Below, one piece after another: positions 8,279 through 17,924 of a stretch of DNA of 64,000 bases. This DNA is from an uncultured delta proteobacterium (GTDB taxonomy: Bacteria > Myxococcota_A > Polyangia > Palsa-1104), in NCBI GenBank assembly GCA_963785725.1, contig CAWAWS010000017.1, positions 32,001-96,000 on the forward strand, written 5' to 3'. A program made the translations under genes and the position numbers. Position 1 is the first letter of the stretch. Each line of letters starts with the position of its first letter. The notes below the pieces were generated by a model. It saw nothing but the letters and a program-made list of their open reading frames with translations. It was not told the DNA's origin and searched no databases.

Positions 8279-11200
8279 TCACGCCCGCAGGTCGGGCTCG
8301 TCGAGCCCCGCTTTACGCGCAGCGGCAACGATGTCGCGCGCGGGCGGCGCGCCCAAGTAGCGGGTTCGCCAGCCTTCGTCGCGCAGGCGCCGCGCCTTGC
8401 GCACGACCTCGGCGTGGGCGCGCCGCAGCGCCTCGTGCGCGACCGACGTGGCGCCGGCGGCTTTGGCGGCGCGGGCGTGGATGAACAGCACCTCTTCGGG
8501 CGTGTCGACGTCGCGGCCGGAGTCGAACAGCGTGACCGCCTGCGTCGAACGCGACAGCGCCTCTTGATGCCGGCCGGCGCGACCGAGCGCCAACGCCTCG
8601 GCGCACAAGCCGTAGACCTCGCCGTTGGCGATCTCGGCCTCGCGCGCCAAGCGCGTCGCCGACTGCGCCAACTCGAGCGCCGCTTCGGGCGCGCCGCCGC
8701 GCTCCAGCCGGCAGAACGCCAAGTAGACGAGCGCGCGAATCTCCTGATAGCGATTGCGCGTCTCCGACGCCAACTCGAGGCCGCGCTCGAGCTGCTCGTC
8801 GGCCTCGCCGACCTTGCCTTCGCGCAAGGAGACCTGCGCCAACGAGATGAGCGCGTCGGCGAGACCGGGCTGATCGGCGAGCGCGGTGTGGATCTCGATC
8901 GCCTTCTCGAGATAGCGGCGCGCACGCTCGAAGTCGCCGAGCTCGGCGTAGGTCTGCCCGATGTTGCCGAGCTTGACGCCGATTCCCGCGCGATCGCCGA
9001 GCTCCTGCGCCAGCCGCAGCGAGCGCTTGTAGTGGCCGAGCGCCTCTTCATGCTCGCCCAGCCCGACGAAGACCCACCCCATGTTATTCAACGTCGCCGC
9101 TTCATAACGACGCGCGCTCAGCCGGCGATAGATGACGAGCGCCTCGGCATACGACGACACCGACTCGCGCAGGTGGCCGGTGTGCACGTGCACGTTGCCG
9201 ACCGCGTTCAAGGCCTGCGCGCGCGCCAGCAGCTGATCGCGTGCCGAATTCGTCGCGCTCTCCGACGGCGTGCCGAGGACGTGCAGCGCCGAGAGCGCCA
9301 CCTCCAAGGCCTCGATGTTCTTGCCGACGTTCATGAGCAGCGTGGCCAAGAGGCGCAGCGCTTCGGACTCGCACAGCACGTCTTCGGCTTGGCGCGCCAG
9401 GGCCAGCGCGCGGTCGAGCTCGCGACGCGCGGCGGCGTGGCGGCCGATGTCGAGGTAGAGCAGGCCGAGGCGCGCGAACGCCTGCGACTCGCGGCGGCGG
9501 CCCTCTTTGCCCGGCGTCGCGGCGGCGTGCTTGCGCATGTAGTGCACTTCGCGCAACTGCGCCGGCCGCTTGCCCCAGCCGCGCAAGATCTGCTCGCGCT
9601 CGCCGTGCGCGTCGTAGCGCTCGTCGTGCGCGTCGGCGGGCAACAGCTCGAGCGCGCGCGACAAGAGGGTGAAGGCGTCGGCGTTGCTGGCGTTGTCGCG
9701 CGCGTAGGCGCCGGCCGAGACGAGCGCGCGGCCGGCACCGGTGCGATCGCCCGCCGCCAGCAAGTGTTCGCCCATGCGCGCGTCGTCGCCGCCGGCGCGA
9801 TAAGCGGCCGAGCGGCGCAGGCGATCGGCGGCGACCGAATGCAAGAGCGCGCGCGTGTCGGCCGGCAAGCCCTCGTAGGCGACCTCTTTGGTGATGAGGT
9901 TGCGGAAGCTGTAGGCGCCGGGACCGCGGCCGAAGACGTCGCTGCGCGCCGACGCCGGCGCGATGAGCCCGCGTGCCGCCAGCCGGACGAGCGCGCGGGT
10001 CAGCCGCTCGGGTGGACCGCCGCCGGTCAACGCTTGCAGATCCTCGACGCGGAAGATGCGGCCGAGGAGCGCGGCGCGGCGAATGGTGTCGCGCTCGTCG
10101 TCGGGCAGCCGATCGAGCCGCGCGGCCACGACCGCCTCCACCGTCGTCGGAATGAGCAAGAGCTCGTCGCGCTTGACCCAACGCAACAGGCCATCGACGT
10201 TCGGCTGCAAGGTGCCGCGCTCGACCAGCGAATCGACCATCTCGTTGATGTAGAACGGGTTGCCGCCGGCGCGATCGAGGATCTGCGTGCCCAGGGCGTG
10301 CGCGTCGGCGGGATCGGCGAAGCGGCTGCGCACCAGCTCCTCGCGCTCGCGCAGCCCCAGCTCGCCGACCAGGATCGTCATCACCTTGTCGGTCTGCGAC
10401 AGCTGATCGGTGCGCTCGTCGTGCCGCGCGGTCGCGATGCCGAGCAGCGGCCGCTCGATCGGATCGCGCACCAGCTGCACCAAGATCTCGAACGACTGCG
10501 AGTCCGCTTGGTGCATGTCCTCGACGACGACGACGAGCACGCGCTCTTCCGCCAGCCGCGTCTGCAGCTTGCGCAAGGCCGCGTACAGCCGATGGCGCCG
10601 CTCTTGCGGATCGAGCTCCTCGGCGCCCGACGCGCGCAGACCGAGCAGCGCGCCCAACGCCTCCGACACTTGCCGCGCGTCGCGCTCTTCGGCCGGCGTC
10701 GTGGCCGGGAACAGCCGCTGCACCGTCGTGTCGATGCGCTTCTTGACCTCGCGCGGCTCGGCCTCCTCGGTCAGCTCGAAGAGGTCGCGCGTCAGATCGG
10801 CGACGAGCGCGTAAGGCGTATCGCGCAGCGACGGCCGGCCGACGGCGCGCAAGATGAGGTGCGTCGTGCGATCGAGCTTGTTGCGGAAGGCGTCGACGAT
10901 GGTGGCCTTGCCGACGCCACCGTCGCCGAGGAGCAGCACGTAGCGAGCGCGGCGCTGCTCGACGACCGCGCGGTGCGCGTCGCCGAGCGCCGCCAGCTCC
11001 AAGTCGCGCCCGAGGACGCGGCGCACGCCGGCGTGATCGGCGAGCCGCTCGGCGCGCGGTCGCGGTCCGCGCAGGCGGTACACTTTGGCGCGTCCCGGTC
11101 CGGCCGGCTCGAGGTCGTTGTCGCGTCCGGCGCCGGTGTCGAGATCGGGCGGCAGCGTGATCGCGTCCAGCTGCTCGAAGTTCCAATCGGCGCGCGCGCC

Positions 11201-12769
11201 GCGAAAGCAGCCGCCCGACACGAGGATCTCGCCGCCCATGGCCTCGTTCGCCAGCCGCTGCGCCACCTGCGCCGTTTGGCCGAGCAGCTCGTACTGAAAG
11301 CGCGCCGCGTCCGAGCCTTCGGCGCCGCGCGTGACCAGCGCCGTGCCGCGCGACAGGCCCAGCGCCAGCGTCAACGGCGGCGTCAGATCGCGCGAGATGC
11401 CGTCGAGCGCGTCGATGAGCGCGCGCGCCAGCTCGACCGCGCGCGCCGCGTCGTCCTCGGTGCCGACCGGCAGGCCGATGACGTAGGTGAAGCCGCGATC
11501 GTCGAGCCGATCGGGATGCGCCTGATGCTTGTAGGCGACGTGCTCGGTCACGCGGAGAAAGTCGAGCAAGGCTTCGCGGGCGCGCGCCTCGCCCATGTTG
11601 CGCCGCAAGGTCGGCAGGCCCGCGAGCACGCCTTCGACGACGAGCACCGGCTTGCGCTCGGCCGGCTGCATGAGCTGGTCGCGTGCGCCGGCGCTGGGCC
11701 CGGTCTTGCCGATCGTCGGTCGCGCCTGCCGCGTCGGCGTCGGCGTCGCCACGGCCACGCGCTGGGCGGCCGGCGAATCGGGCGCCGTCATGAGGCCGTG
11801 CGGCAGCGCCGGCCCGTTGCGCTCGGCCTCGGGGATGACGAGCGCCAAGAACGACGCCATCGTCCCCGACTCGTAGATCTGCCCATCCTTCGACGACAGC
11901 GCGAAGAAGAATTGACCGAGCGCCCGATGCAGATCGCGCGCCGTCTGATAGCGATCGTCCGGCTTACGCTGTAAGCACTTGAGGATGATCGCCTCCAGCT
12001 CGCTCGGGATCGCCGGATCGACCTCGCTCGGCTTCGGCACCTGCGCGTTCTTGATGGCGTTGATCGCCTGCCGGCCCTTCAAGTTGCCGAAGAGGCTGCG
12101 CGCGCAGCACAGCTCCCACAGGACGATCCCCGTCGAGAAGATGTCGGCGCGCGGATCGACGGGCAGCCCTTGCGCCTGCTCCGGCGACATATAGGCGAAC
12201 TTGCCTTTGACGACGCCTTCTTCCTCTTTGACGTGGCGAGCGCGGGCGATGCCGAAGTCGACGATCTTGACCATCCCGTCCCACGAGACGATCACGTTCT
12301 GCGGCGAGACGTCGCGATGGACGATGCCGAAGGGCTCGCCGTATTCGTCGGTCTTGCGGTGCGCGTAGTCGAGCCCTTTGGCGACCTGCTGCGCGAGATA
12401 GGCGCACAAACCGAACGGAATACGCGCGTTGGCCTCGACGGCGGCGTTGAGGACGCGCAAGAGATCGACGCCCTCGACGTGCTCCATGGCCAAGAAATAG
12501 GTCGGTCCGATTTGGCCATAACCGAACGTCTGCACGATGTTCGGATGGTTCAAATTGACGGCGACCTTGGCCTCGTCCTCGAACATCTGGCGGAACTGCG
12601 GCGTCTCCGCCAGCGACGGATGGATCTTCTTGATGACGAGGATCTTGGCCAGGCCCTGCGCCAACGGCTCGCGGGCCAGGAAGAGCTCGGCCATGCCGCC
12701 GGCGCCTAGGCGACGAATCAGCTGATATTTTCCGAAGGTGTCCACGGTCGCGGTTAACGTAATTGGCAA
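8279..12769 (-). CDS. multidomain Ser/Thr kinase + class III cyclase-like + STAND/AAA ATPase + TPR protein
   Basis: [25 protein letters not shown] cyclase-like start; GDGGVGK, VVVVEDMH, GGNPFY; C-terminal TPRs; start codon uncertain. Confidence 0.88.
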   Translation of the reverse strand: MPITLTATVDTFGKYQLIRRLGAGGMAELFLAREPLAQGLAKILVIKKIHPSLAETPQFRQMFEDEAKVAVNLNHPNIVQTFGYGQIGPTYFLAMEHVEGVDLLRVLNAAVEANARIPFGLCAYLAQQVAKGLDYAHRKTDEYGEPFGIVHRDVSPQNVIVSWDGMVKIVDFGIARARHVKEEEGVVKGKFAYMSPEQAQGLPVDPRADIFSTGIVLWELCCARSLFGNLKGRQAINAIKNAQVPKPSEVDPAIPSELEAIILKCLQRKPDDRYQTARDLHRALGQFFFALSSKDGQIYESGTMASFLALVIPEAERNGPALPHGLMTAPDSPAAQRVAVATPTPTRQARPTIGKTGPSAGARDQLMQPAERKPVLVVEGVLAGLPTLRRNMGEARAREALLDFLRVTEHVAYKHQAHPDRLDDRGFTYVIGLPVGTEDDAARAVELARALIDALDGISRDLTPPLTLALGLSRGTALVTRGAEGSDAARFQYELLGQTAQVAQRLANEAMGGEILVSGGCFRGARADWNFEQLDAITLPPDLDTGAGRDNDLEPAGPGRAKVYRLRGPRPRAERLADHAGVRRVLGRDLELAALGDAHRAVVEQRRARYVLLLGDGGVGKATIVDAFRNKLDRTTHLILRAVGRPSLRDTPYALVADLTRDLFELTEEAEPREVKKRIDTTVQRLFPATTPAEERDARQVSEALGALLGLRASGAEELDPQERRHRLYAALRKLQTRLAEERVLVVVVEDMHQADSQSFEILVQLVRDPIERPLLGIATARHDERTDQLSQTDKVMTILVGELGLREREELVRSRFADPADAHALGTQILDRAGGNPFYINEMVDSLVERGTLQPNVDGLLRWVKRDELLLIPTTVEAVVAARLDRLPDDERDTIRRAALLGRIFRVEDLQALTGGGPPERLTRALVRLAARGLIAPASARSDVFGRGPGAYSFRNLITKEVAYEGLPADTRALLHSVAADRLRRSAAYRAGGDDARMGEHLLAAGDRTGAGRALVSAGAYARDNASNADAFTLLSRALELLPADAHDERYDAHGEREQILRGWGKRPAQLREVHYMRKHAAATPGKEGRRRESQAFARLGLLYLDIGRHAAARRELDRALALARQAEDVLCESEALRLLATLLMNVGKNIEALEVALSALHVLGTPSESATNSARDQLLARAQALNAVGNVHVHTGHLRESVSSYAEALVIYRRLSARRYEAATLNNMGWVFVGLGEHEEALGHYKRSLRLAQELGDRAGIGVKLGNIGQTYAELGDFERARRYLEKAIEIHTALADQPGLADALISLAQVSLREGKVGEADEQLERGLELASETRNRYQEIRALVYLAFCRLERGGAPEAALELAQSATRLAREAEIANGEVYGLCAEALALGRAGRHQEALSRSTQAVTLFDSGRDVDTPEEVLFIHARAAKAAGATSVAHEALRRAHAEVVRKARRLRDEGWRTRYLGAPPARDIVAAARKAGLDEPDLRA

Positions 12770-12804
12770 TCGTAGCTCAACGAGACGGTCAAAGGGGATA
12801 GCAC

Positions 12805-14319
12805 ATGGGTGACGCGGCGAAGGTGAGTGGGCCGGATTTTTCGCAAGGAGTTGCCGCGAGCGATGTCTTGGATGGTCAGCCGCTCGTCGGCCATGTCGGC
12901 GACGACAGCGTGATGCTGGTGCGACGCGGCGATGACGTCTTGGCCGTGGGCGCGACCTGCACGCACTATTCGGGGCCGCTCGGCGACGGGCTCGTCGTCG
13001 GTGACACGGTGCGCTGTCCGTGGCACCACGCCTGCTTCGACCTGCGCACGGGCGCGGCCGTCAAGGCGCCGGCGCTGAGCCCCATCGCCTGCTACGACGT
13101 CAGCATCAGCGAAGGCCTGGTGCGCGTAGGCGCCAAGAAGGCGGCGCCGGGCTTGCCCGAGTCGCCGCTCGGTGCGCCTAAGTCGATCGTGATCGTCGGC
13201 GCGGGCGCGGCCGGCCAGGCGTGCGCCGGCGAATTGCGCGCGCGCGGCTATCGCGGCCGCCTCGTGCTCATCGGCGCCGAGGACAGCCTGCCCGTCGATC
13301 GGCCCAACTTGTCCAAGGACTATTTGGCCGGCAACGCGCCCGAGGATTGGCTGCCGTTGAAGCCGCGCGAGTGGTACGCCGAGCAGGGCATCGAGCTGTC
13401 GCTGGGCGCCAAGGTGATCGCGCTCGACGTCGAGACGCGGCACCTGACGCTGGAGAACGGGCGCAGCTACGACTTCGAGCGGCTCCTGTTGGCGACGGGC
13501 GCCGAGCCGCGGCGGCTGCAGATTCCCGGCGGCGAGCGCGCGCACACGCTGCGTTCGTTGGCCGACAGCCGCGCCCTCGTCGCGCTGGCCAAGCCCGGGC
13601 AGCGCGCGGTCGTGGTGGGCGGAAGCTTCATCGGGCTGGAAGTGGCGGCGTCGCTGCGGGCGCGCCAGGTCGATGTGACGATCGTCGCGCCGGCCGGCCC
13701 GCCGCTCGGCCGCGTGCTCGGTCCCGAATTGGGCGCGTATATTCAGTCGCTGCATGAGTCGCACGGCGTGCGGTTCCGGCTGGCGATGCCGCGCGAGATC
13801 AGCGACGAAGGGGTCACGCTCGACGACGGCACGATCTTGCCCGCCGACTTCGTGGTCGCCGGCATCGGCGTCAAGCCGGCGTTGACGTTGGCAGAGGTGG
13901 CCGGATTGGCGCTCGGCGAGCGCGACGACGGCATCCTCGTCGATCCGCAGCTGCAGACGAGCGTGCCCGGCATCTTCGCCGCCGGCGACAGCGCGCGCTA
14001 TCCCGACCGCCACGGCGTGCGCCGGCGCGTCGAGCATTGGGTCGTCGCGCAGCGCATGGGTCAGACGGCGGCGCGCAACTTACTCGGCGCCAAAGAGGCG
14101 TTCAGCGAGGTGCCGTTCTTCTGGAGCCAGCATTACGACGTCGGCATCAACTACGTCGGCAGCAGCGACGGCTGGGATCGCCTGACGCTCGACGGCAAGC
14201 CGAGCGAGAACGACTGCTGCGTGCGCTTCTTCAAGGGCGACACGCTGCTGGCCGTGGCCACGATCTATCGCGATCACGAGAGCCTCGCCGCCGAACGCCA
14301 GCTCGAGCTGCAGCGGTGA
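12805..14319 (+). CDS. Rieske [2Fe-2S] domain fused to FAD-dependent ferredoxin reductase (AIF-like)
   Basis: CTHYS and CPWHH Rieske motifs; GAGAAG, GGSFIGLE, IFAAGD, VPFFWSQHY. Confidence 0.92.
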   Translation: MGDAAKVSGPDFSQGVAASDVLDGQPLVGHVGDDSVMLVRRGDDVLAVGATCTHYSGPLGDGLVVGDTVRCPWHHACFDLRTGAAVKAPALSPIACYDVSISEGLVRVGAKKAAPGLPESPLGAPKSIVIVGAGAAGQACAGELRARGYRGRLVLIGAEDSLPVDRPNLSKDYLAGNAPEDWLPLKPREWYAEQGIELSLGAKVIALDVETRHLTLENGRSYDFERLLLATGAEPRRLQIPGGERAHTLRSLADSRALVALAKPGQRAVVVGGSFIGLEVAASLRARQVDVTIVAPAGPPLGRVLGPELGAYIQSLHESHGVRFRLAMPREISDEGVTLDDGTILPADFVVAGIGVKPALTLAEVAGLALGERDDGILVDPQLQTSVPGIFAAGDSARYPDRHGVRRRVEHWVVAQRMGQTAARNLLGAKEAFSEVPFFWSQHYDVGINYVGSSDGWDRLTLDGKPSENDCCVRFFKGDTLLAVATIYRDHESLAAERQLELQR

Positions 14320-14339
14320 GCGATGGCGGAGGTGCTCAA

Positions 14340-14369
14340 TTGACAGCCGGCCGCGCGGCAGACGATGCT
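14340..14369 (+). promoter_or_regulatory. putative sigma70 promoter of the small His/Arg-rich gene
   Basis: TTGACA 14340-14345, 18-nt spacer, GATGCT 14364-14369. Confidence 0.45.
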
Positions 14370-14386
14370 GGATGTCGGAGGACTGA

Positions 14387-14581
14387 ATGAGCCTCATCCG
14401 CAGCGCGATCTGGATAGCGGTCGGACTCGGCGTCCTCGGCATCGACGTCGGTGAGAGCTGGCGCACGTGCAGCTTGCGCGACGGCCACGTGCAGGCGCAG
14501 CCGCACCATCATCGGCGTCATCATCGCCGTCATCATCGGCGCCGCCGCCACCATCGCGCGGCACCGGCGACCGAGCTGTAA
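14387..14581 (+). CDS. small (64 aa) membrane/exported protein with His/Arg-rich tail
   Basis: GGAGGA RBS 14377-14382; hydrophobic N-terminus; HHHRRHHRRHHRRRRHHR; fills an intergenic gap. Confidence 0.55.
   Translation: MSLIRSAIWIAVGLGVLGIDVGESWRTCSLRDGHVQAQPHHHRRHHRRHHRRRRHHRAAPATEL
14507..14542 (+). repeat. 3 x 12-bp imperfect tandem repeat encoding HHRR
   Basis: catcatcggcgt catcatcgccgt catcatcggcgc. Confidence 0.8.
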
Positions 14582-14628
14582 GCGCACATCTACCGGCAGC
14601 GCCCGCGGCTGCCGTGCGATTCGAACGT

Positions 14629-15243
14629 CTACTGCGGCGTGATCTTCAGGTTGTCGAAGTGCAGCTCCGCTTCCCAGTCGTTGAACGCGAAGAAGCGATG
14701 GCCCGCGCCTTCGAGCGGATGGCGATCGTCGTAGCTGAGGAACGGCTTGCCGTCGATTTGCCAGTCGATGTGGCCGCCCTTGCGCGCGATGCGCCAGTGA
14801 TAATGCCGCCCGAGCTCGACGCGCACGTCGCTGCGCGTCTTGCGATCGTTGCCGTGCTCGTCGAGACGCGCGATGGCCGAGATCTGGTTGTGCCAGCCGC
14901 CGAAGATGAAGACGTAGCTCGTCGCCGTGTACGAGACGGTCTGCGCCCAGCTCTGACCGTCGCCCCAAATTTCCACCTTCAAGTCGCCGGCGGGATCGTT
15001 GGACCAGCAGTCGAGCTCGATGACGGCGTCTTCGGGGATGGGCTGCGCCAGCCACAGCGGCCGGTTGTAGCCGTGGTCGATCGTCACGGCGCCGTCGACG
15101 ATGCGCCACTTGCCGCCGCCGGGCGCGATCCAGCCCGAGCCGATGTCGGCGCGATCGAAGTTGTCGGACGACGGGCCGGCCGGCGGCAGCTTCTCCACCT
15201 TGCAGGCTCCGAGCAGCAACGCGAGCGCCAACCAACGCACCAT
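14629..15243 (-). CDS. lipoprotein, probable concanavalin A-like beta-sandwich
   Basis: Lipobox LGAC; DNFDR..W..G.WRIVDG start and LHFDNLKI end typical of ConA-like folds. Confidence 0.7.
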   Translation of the reverse strand: MVRWLALALLLGACKVEKLPPAGPSSDNFDRADIGSGWIAPGGGKWRIVDGAVTIDHGYNRPLWLAQPIPEDAVIELDCWSNDPAGDLKVEIWGDGQSWAQTVSYTATSYVFIFGGWHNQISAIARLDEHGNDRKTRSDVRVELGRHYHWRIARKGGHIDWQIDGKPFLSYDDRHPLEGAGHRFFAFNDWEAELHFDNLKITPQ

Positions 15244-15279
15244 GCGCGTTTTGTAGCACGGCGCGGCGCGCGCGGTCAG

Positions 15280-16644
15280 TCAGGCGAGCTGAGAAAAACG
15301 CGCGGCGGCGGCGGCGGCGGTCGGGCGCGCGGCGGCGTCGTCGGCGAGCAGCGCACGCAATAATTCCACGAGCGGCGCGGCTTTGGCGCCGAGCGCGGCC
15401 GTCACTGCCGGCGGCAGCGTGCCCGACCAGCGCGCGTCGCCGCGCAGGAGCGCCGCGCGATCGCCGAGCCAGCTGGCCAGCGCCGCCGTGCCGGTGACGA
15501 GCTCGACGGCGATGACGCCCGCCGCGTAGACGTCGGCCGCCGGCGACAAGACGCCGCGGCGCTGCTCGGGCGCCATGTACGCCAGTGTGCCGCGCGCGGC
15601 GCGATCGGCCGCCGCCGTGCCGTCGGCCAGCTGCGCCAGCCCGAAGTCGCCGAGCACCAGCTCGGCGTCCTCGGCCACGTCGCGAAAGAGCAGGTTCGCC
15701 GGCTTGACGTCGCCGTGCACGACGCCGTGCGCGTGCACCGCCGCCAGCGTCGACAGCAGCTCGGCCGCGCGCGCGATGGCCGACGGCGGCGACAGCGGCG
15801 ACGAGCGCAGCCGCGCCGCCAGCGACCCGCCCGCGCACAGCTCCATCGCCAACAGCTGCCGCTCTTCGTCGAGATCGTAGATGGCGACGACGCCGGGATG
15901 ATGAATCGCCGCCGCCACGCGCGCTTCGAGCCAGGCACGCGCTTGCTCGAGCCCGCGTTGCCGCGCGTGCGGATGCAGGATCTTGAGCGCCAAATCGCGG
16001 TCGAGCTCGGCGTCGCGCGCGACGTAGACGGCGCCCGACGCGCCGCGGCCGAGCTCGCGCACCAGCCGCCAGCGGCCGAAGTCGGCGCCGCCTTCGGGCA
16101 GGCCGGCCAGCGTCGGCGCCGCCAGCACCGGCGCGGCGACCGGCGGCAGGCCGTGTGACAGCCGGTCGGCGCGGCCGCGCGCCTGCGGATAGTCGAGATC
16201 GACGGCCAGGATGCGCTCGAGCTGCCGGCGCGCCTCGACCTCGTCGCCGGTGCGCTCGGCGGCGTCGGCGAGCAGGAAGCGGGCGCGCAAGGCGTGCTCG
16301 CGCACCTCGGCCAGCCGCTCGAGCAGCGGTCGCGCGGTCGCGTGCTCCAGCCGATCGCACAACAGCTCCGCCAGCCGCGCCGCGACGCCGTGATCTTCCG
16401 GTTTGGCGGCCACGAAGCGGCTCAAGATGTCGATGGCCGTATGCTCGCGCCCCGTCGACAACAAGCGCTGCACGGCGGCCCAGAACTCGCGATCGCCGAC
16501 GCCGATCTTGCCTTCGTCGTTGGGATCGCTGAGGCGGCCGAGCAGGTTGCGCAGGAACGCCTCCTCGGCCGGCATCTCGGCTTCGGGCTCGACGGTGGGC
16601 TTGGGCGCGCCGAACGCATCCTTGAGCCAGCCGACGAACGACAT
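15280..16644 (-). CDS. Ser/Thr protein kinase with N-terminal TPR-like region
   Basis: ATG 16644 overlaps upstream stop (TGATG); LGRGASGAV, LALK, HGDVKPAN, DFG, GTLAYMAPE. Confidence 0.88.
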   Translation of the reverse strand: MSFVGWLKDAFGAPKPTVEPEAEMPAEEAFLRNLLGRLSDPNDEGKIGVGDREFWAAVQRLLSTGREHTAIDILSRFVAAKPEDHGVAARLAELLCDRLEHATARPLLERLAEVREHALRARFLLADAAERTGDEVEARRQLERILAVDLDYPQARGRADRLSHGLPPVAAPVLAAPTLAGLPEGGADFGRWRLVRELGRGASGAVYVARDAELDRDLALKILHPHARQRGLEQARAWLEARVAAAIHHPGVVAIYDLDEERQLLAMELCAGGSLAARLRSSPLSPPSAIARAAELLSTLAAVHAHGVVHGDVKPANLLFRDVAEDAELVLGDFGLAQLADGTAAADRAARGTLAYMAPEQRRGVLSPAADVYAAGVIAVELVTGTAALASWLGDRAALLRGDARWSGTLPPAVTAALGAKAAPLVELLRALLADDAAARPTAAAAAARFSQLA

Positions 16645-17870
16645 CAGGCGACCTCCAAGCGCTGCTCGCCGAGCTCGATGACGTCGCCGCGAATGAGCTG
16701 CACGCCGCTGGCCGCGTGCACGCCGTTCAAGTACAAGAGGCGCCCGCCGATGGGCGACAAGCGCGGACGACCGTCGATGAAGTAGAGCTCGCCCACGCCT
16801 TCGACGTCGAGCGCGCCCGAAGAAGCCGACAGTCGCAGGCCGCGATCGAGGCCGCGCGTGACCTCGAGGTGCAGCGTCTCGCCGTCGACGCGGTAGGCGA
16901 TCGCGCATAATTCGCCGAGGCCGATCTCGCCCGCTTCGCCGAGCGGCAAGGTGCCGGCGATGCGCACGCCCGCCAGCGTCGTGCCGTTCTTGGAGTCGTG
17001 GTCGACGAGGGCGAAGCGGCCGTCGGCGGCGAGGATGATGACGTCGGCGTGGCGGCGCGAGATGCCGGCGTCGCGCAAGGGCAGGGCGCAGCCGGCGTCG
17101 CGGCCGAGGCCGAGCGGGAAGGCGCCGACGTAGCGCCGCTCGCGCGCTTGTCCGGCGGCGCCGGCGCGCAGGCCGAGCGCGCCGTCGGCGATGAGCTTGG
17201 CCTCGAGCTCCTCGCGCAGTCGCTGATAGGACGCGCGATCGCGGGTCAATTCGGCCAGGCGGTCGGCGGACACCGTCGTCTTCGCCGGCAGCGCCGTCTC
17301 GGCGCACTGGCGGATGGCCTCCAGCGCGCGATCGCGCTCGCCCGCGGCCAGCGCCAGCTTGTACTCCTCGAACGACTCGTGGACGCGCTCTTCGCGCTTG
17401 CGCCGCTGCTCCTCGCGCGCCAACACCGACTCGAGGCGCTCGACGTCGCCGGCGCGCTGATAGGCTTCGGCCGCCTGCAATTCCTCGCCGATGAACTCGT
17501 GGCACTCGCCGGCGCCGCCGTGATCGCCGACGTCGCCGAAGAGCTGCGCCGCCTCGCGCACGACCTGCTTCTCGGGCTCGCCGACGATCGACGACACGCG
17601 CGCCCAGCCGAACAGCGCCCGAGCGATGCGTTTGCGCGCCTGCTGACCGTCGGGCTCGGTCGGGTCGGTCCAGCGGATGGCGGCGCGCAATTCGTGCAGC
17701 TTGGCCGCCGGCGACGGCGCGCGCTCGGCGCGCAGGAGGTGCATCTCGGCCACTTTGACGCGCTCGCCGGCCAAGGCATAGGCGCGGGCGGCCTCGGCGT
17801 AGTCGCCGGCGGCCTCGGCAGCGACGGCGCGCCGGAAGTCGGCCGAGAACATGCGCTTGAAGAAAGTCAC
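16644..17870 (-). CDS. TPR-like repeat + FHA domain protein
   Basis: GTG 17870 (VTFFKRMF); helical repeats; FHA motifs LGR, SRRH, SKNGT; a second degenerate beta-rich FHA-like segment at the C-terminus. Confidence 0.8.
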   Translation of the reverse strand: MTFFKRMFSADFRRAVAAEAAGDYAEAARAYALAGERVKVAEMHLLRAERAPSPAAKLHELRAAIRWTDPTEPDGQQARKRIARALFGWARVSSIVGEPEKQVVREAAQLFGDVGDHGGAGECHEFIGEELQAAEAYQRAGDVERLESVLAREEQRRKREERVHESFEEYKLALAAGERDRALEAIRQCAETALPAKTTVSADRLAELTRDRASYQRLREELEAKLIADGALGLRAGAAGQARERRYVGAFPLGLGRDAGCALPLRDAGISRRHADVIILAADGRFALVDHDSKNGTTLAGVRIAGTLPLGEAGEIGLGELCAIAYRVDGETLHLEVTRGLDRGLRLSASSGALDVEGVGELYFIDGRPRLSPIGGRLLYLNGVHAASGVQLIRGDVIELGEQRLEVA

Positions 17871-17878
17871 GGCGCCAC

Positions 17879-17891
17879 AGCATACCGCGTT
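17879..17891 (-). promoter_or_regulatory. AACGCGGTATGCT promoter motif, copy 1
   Basis: Contains TATGCT -10-like hexamer ending 8 nt before GTG 17870; identical to 21202-21214. Confidence 0.6.
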
Positions 17892-17924
17892 GAACGCAAG
17901 GTGCAGCCACCGTAAGATAAAGTC

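Noticed and set aside
8414..11974. Very long antisense or alternate-frame ORFs (also 51390-54491, 56963-59479)
   Set aside because: Expected in high-GC DNA opposite real genes; Arg/Ala-rich with no motifs
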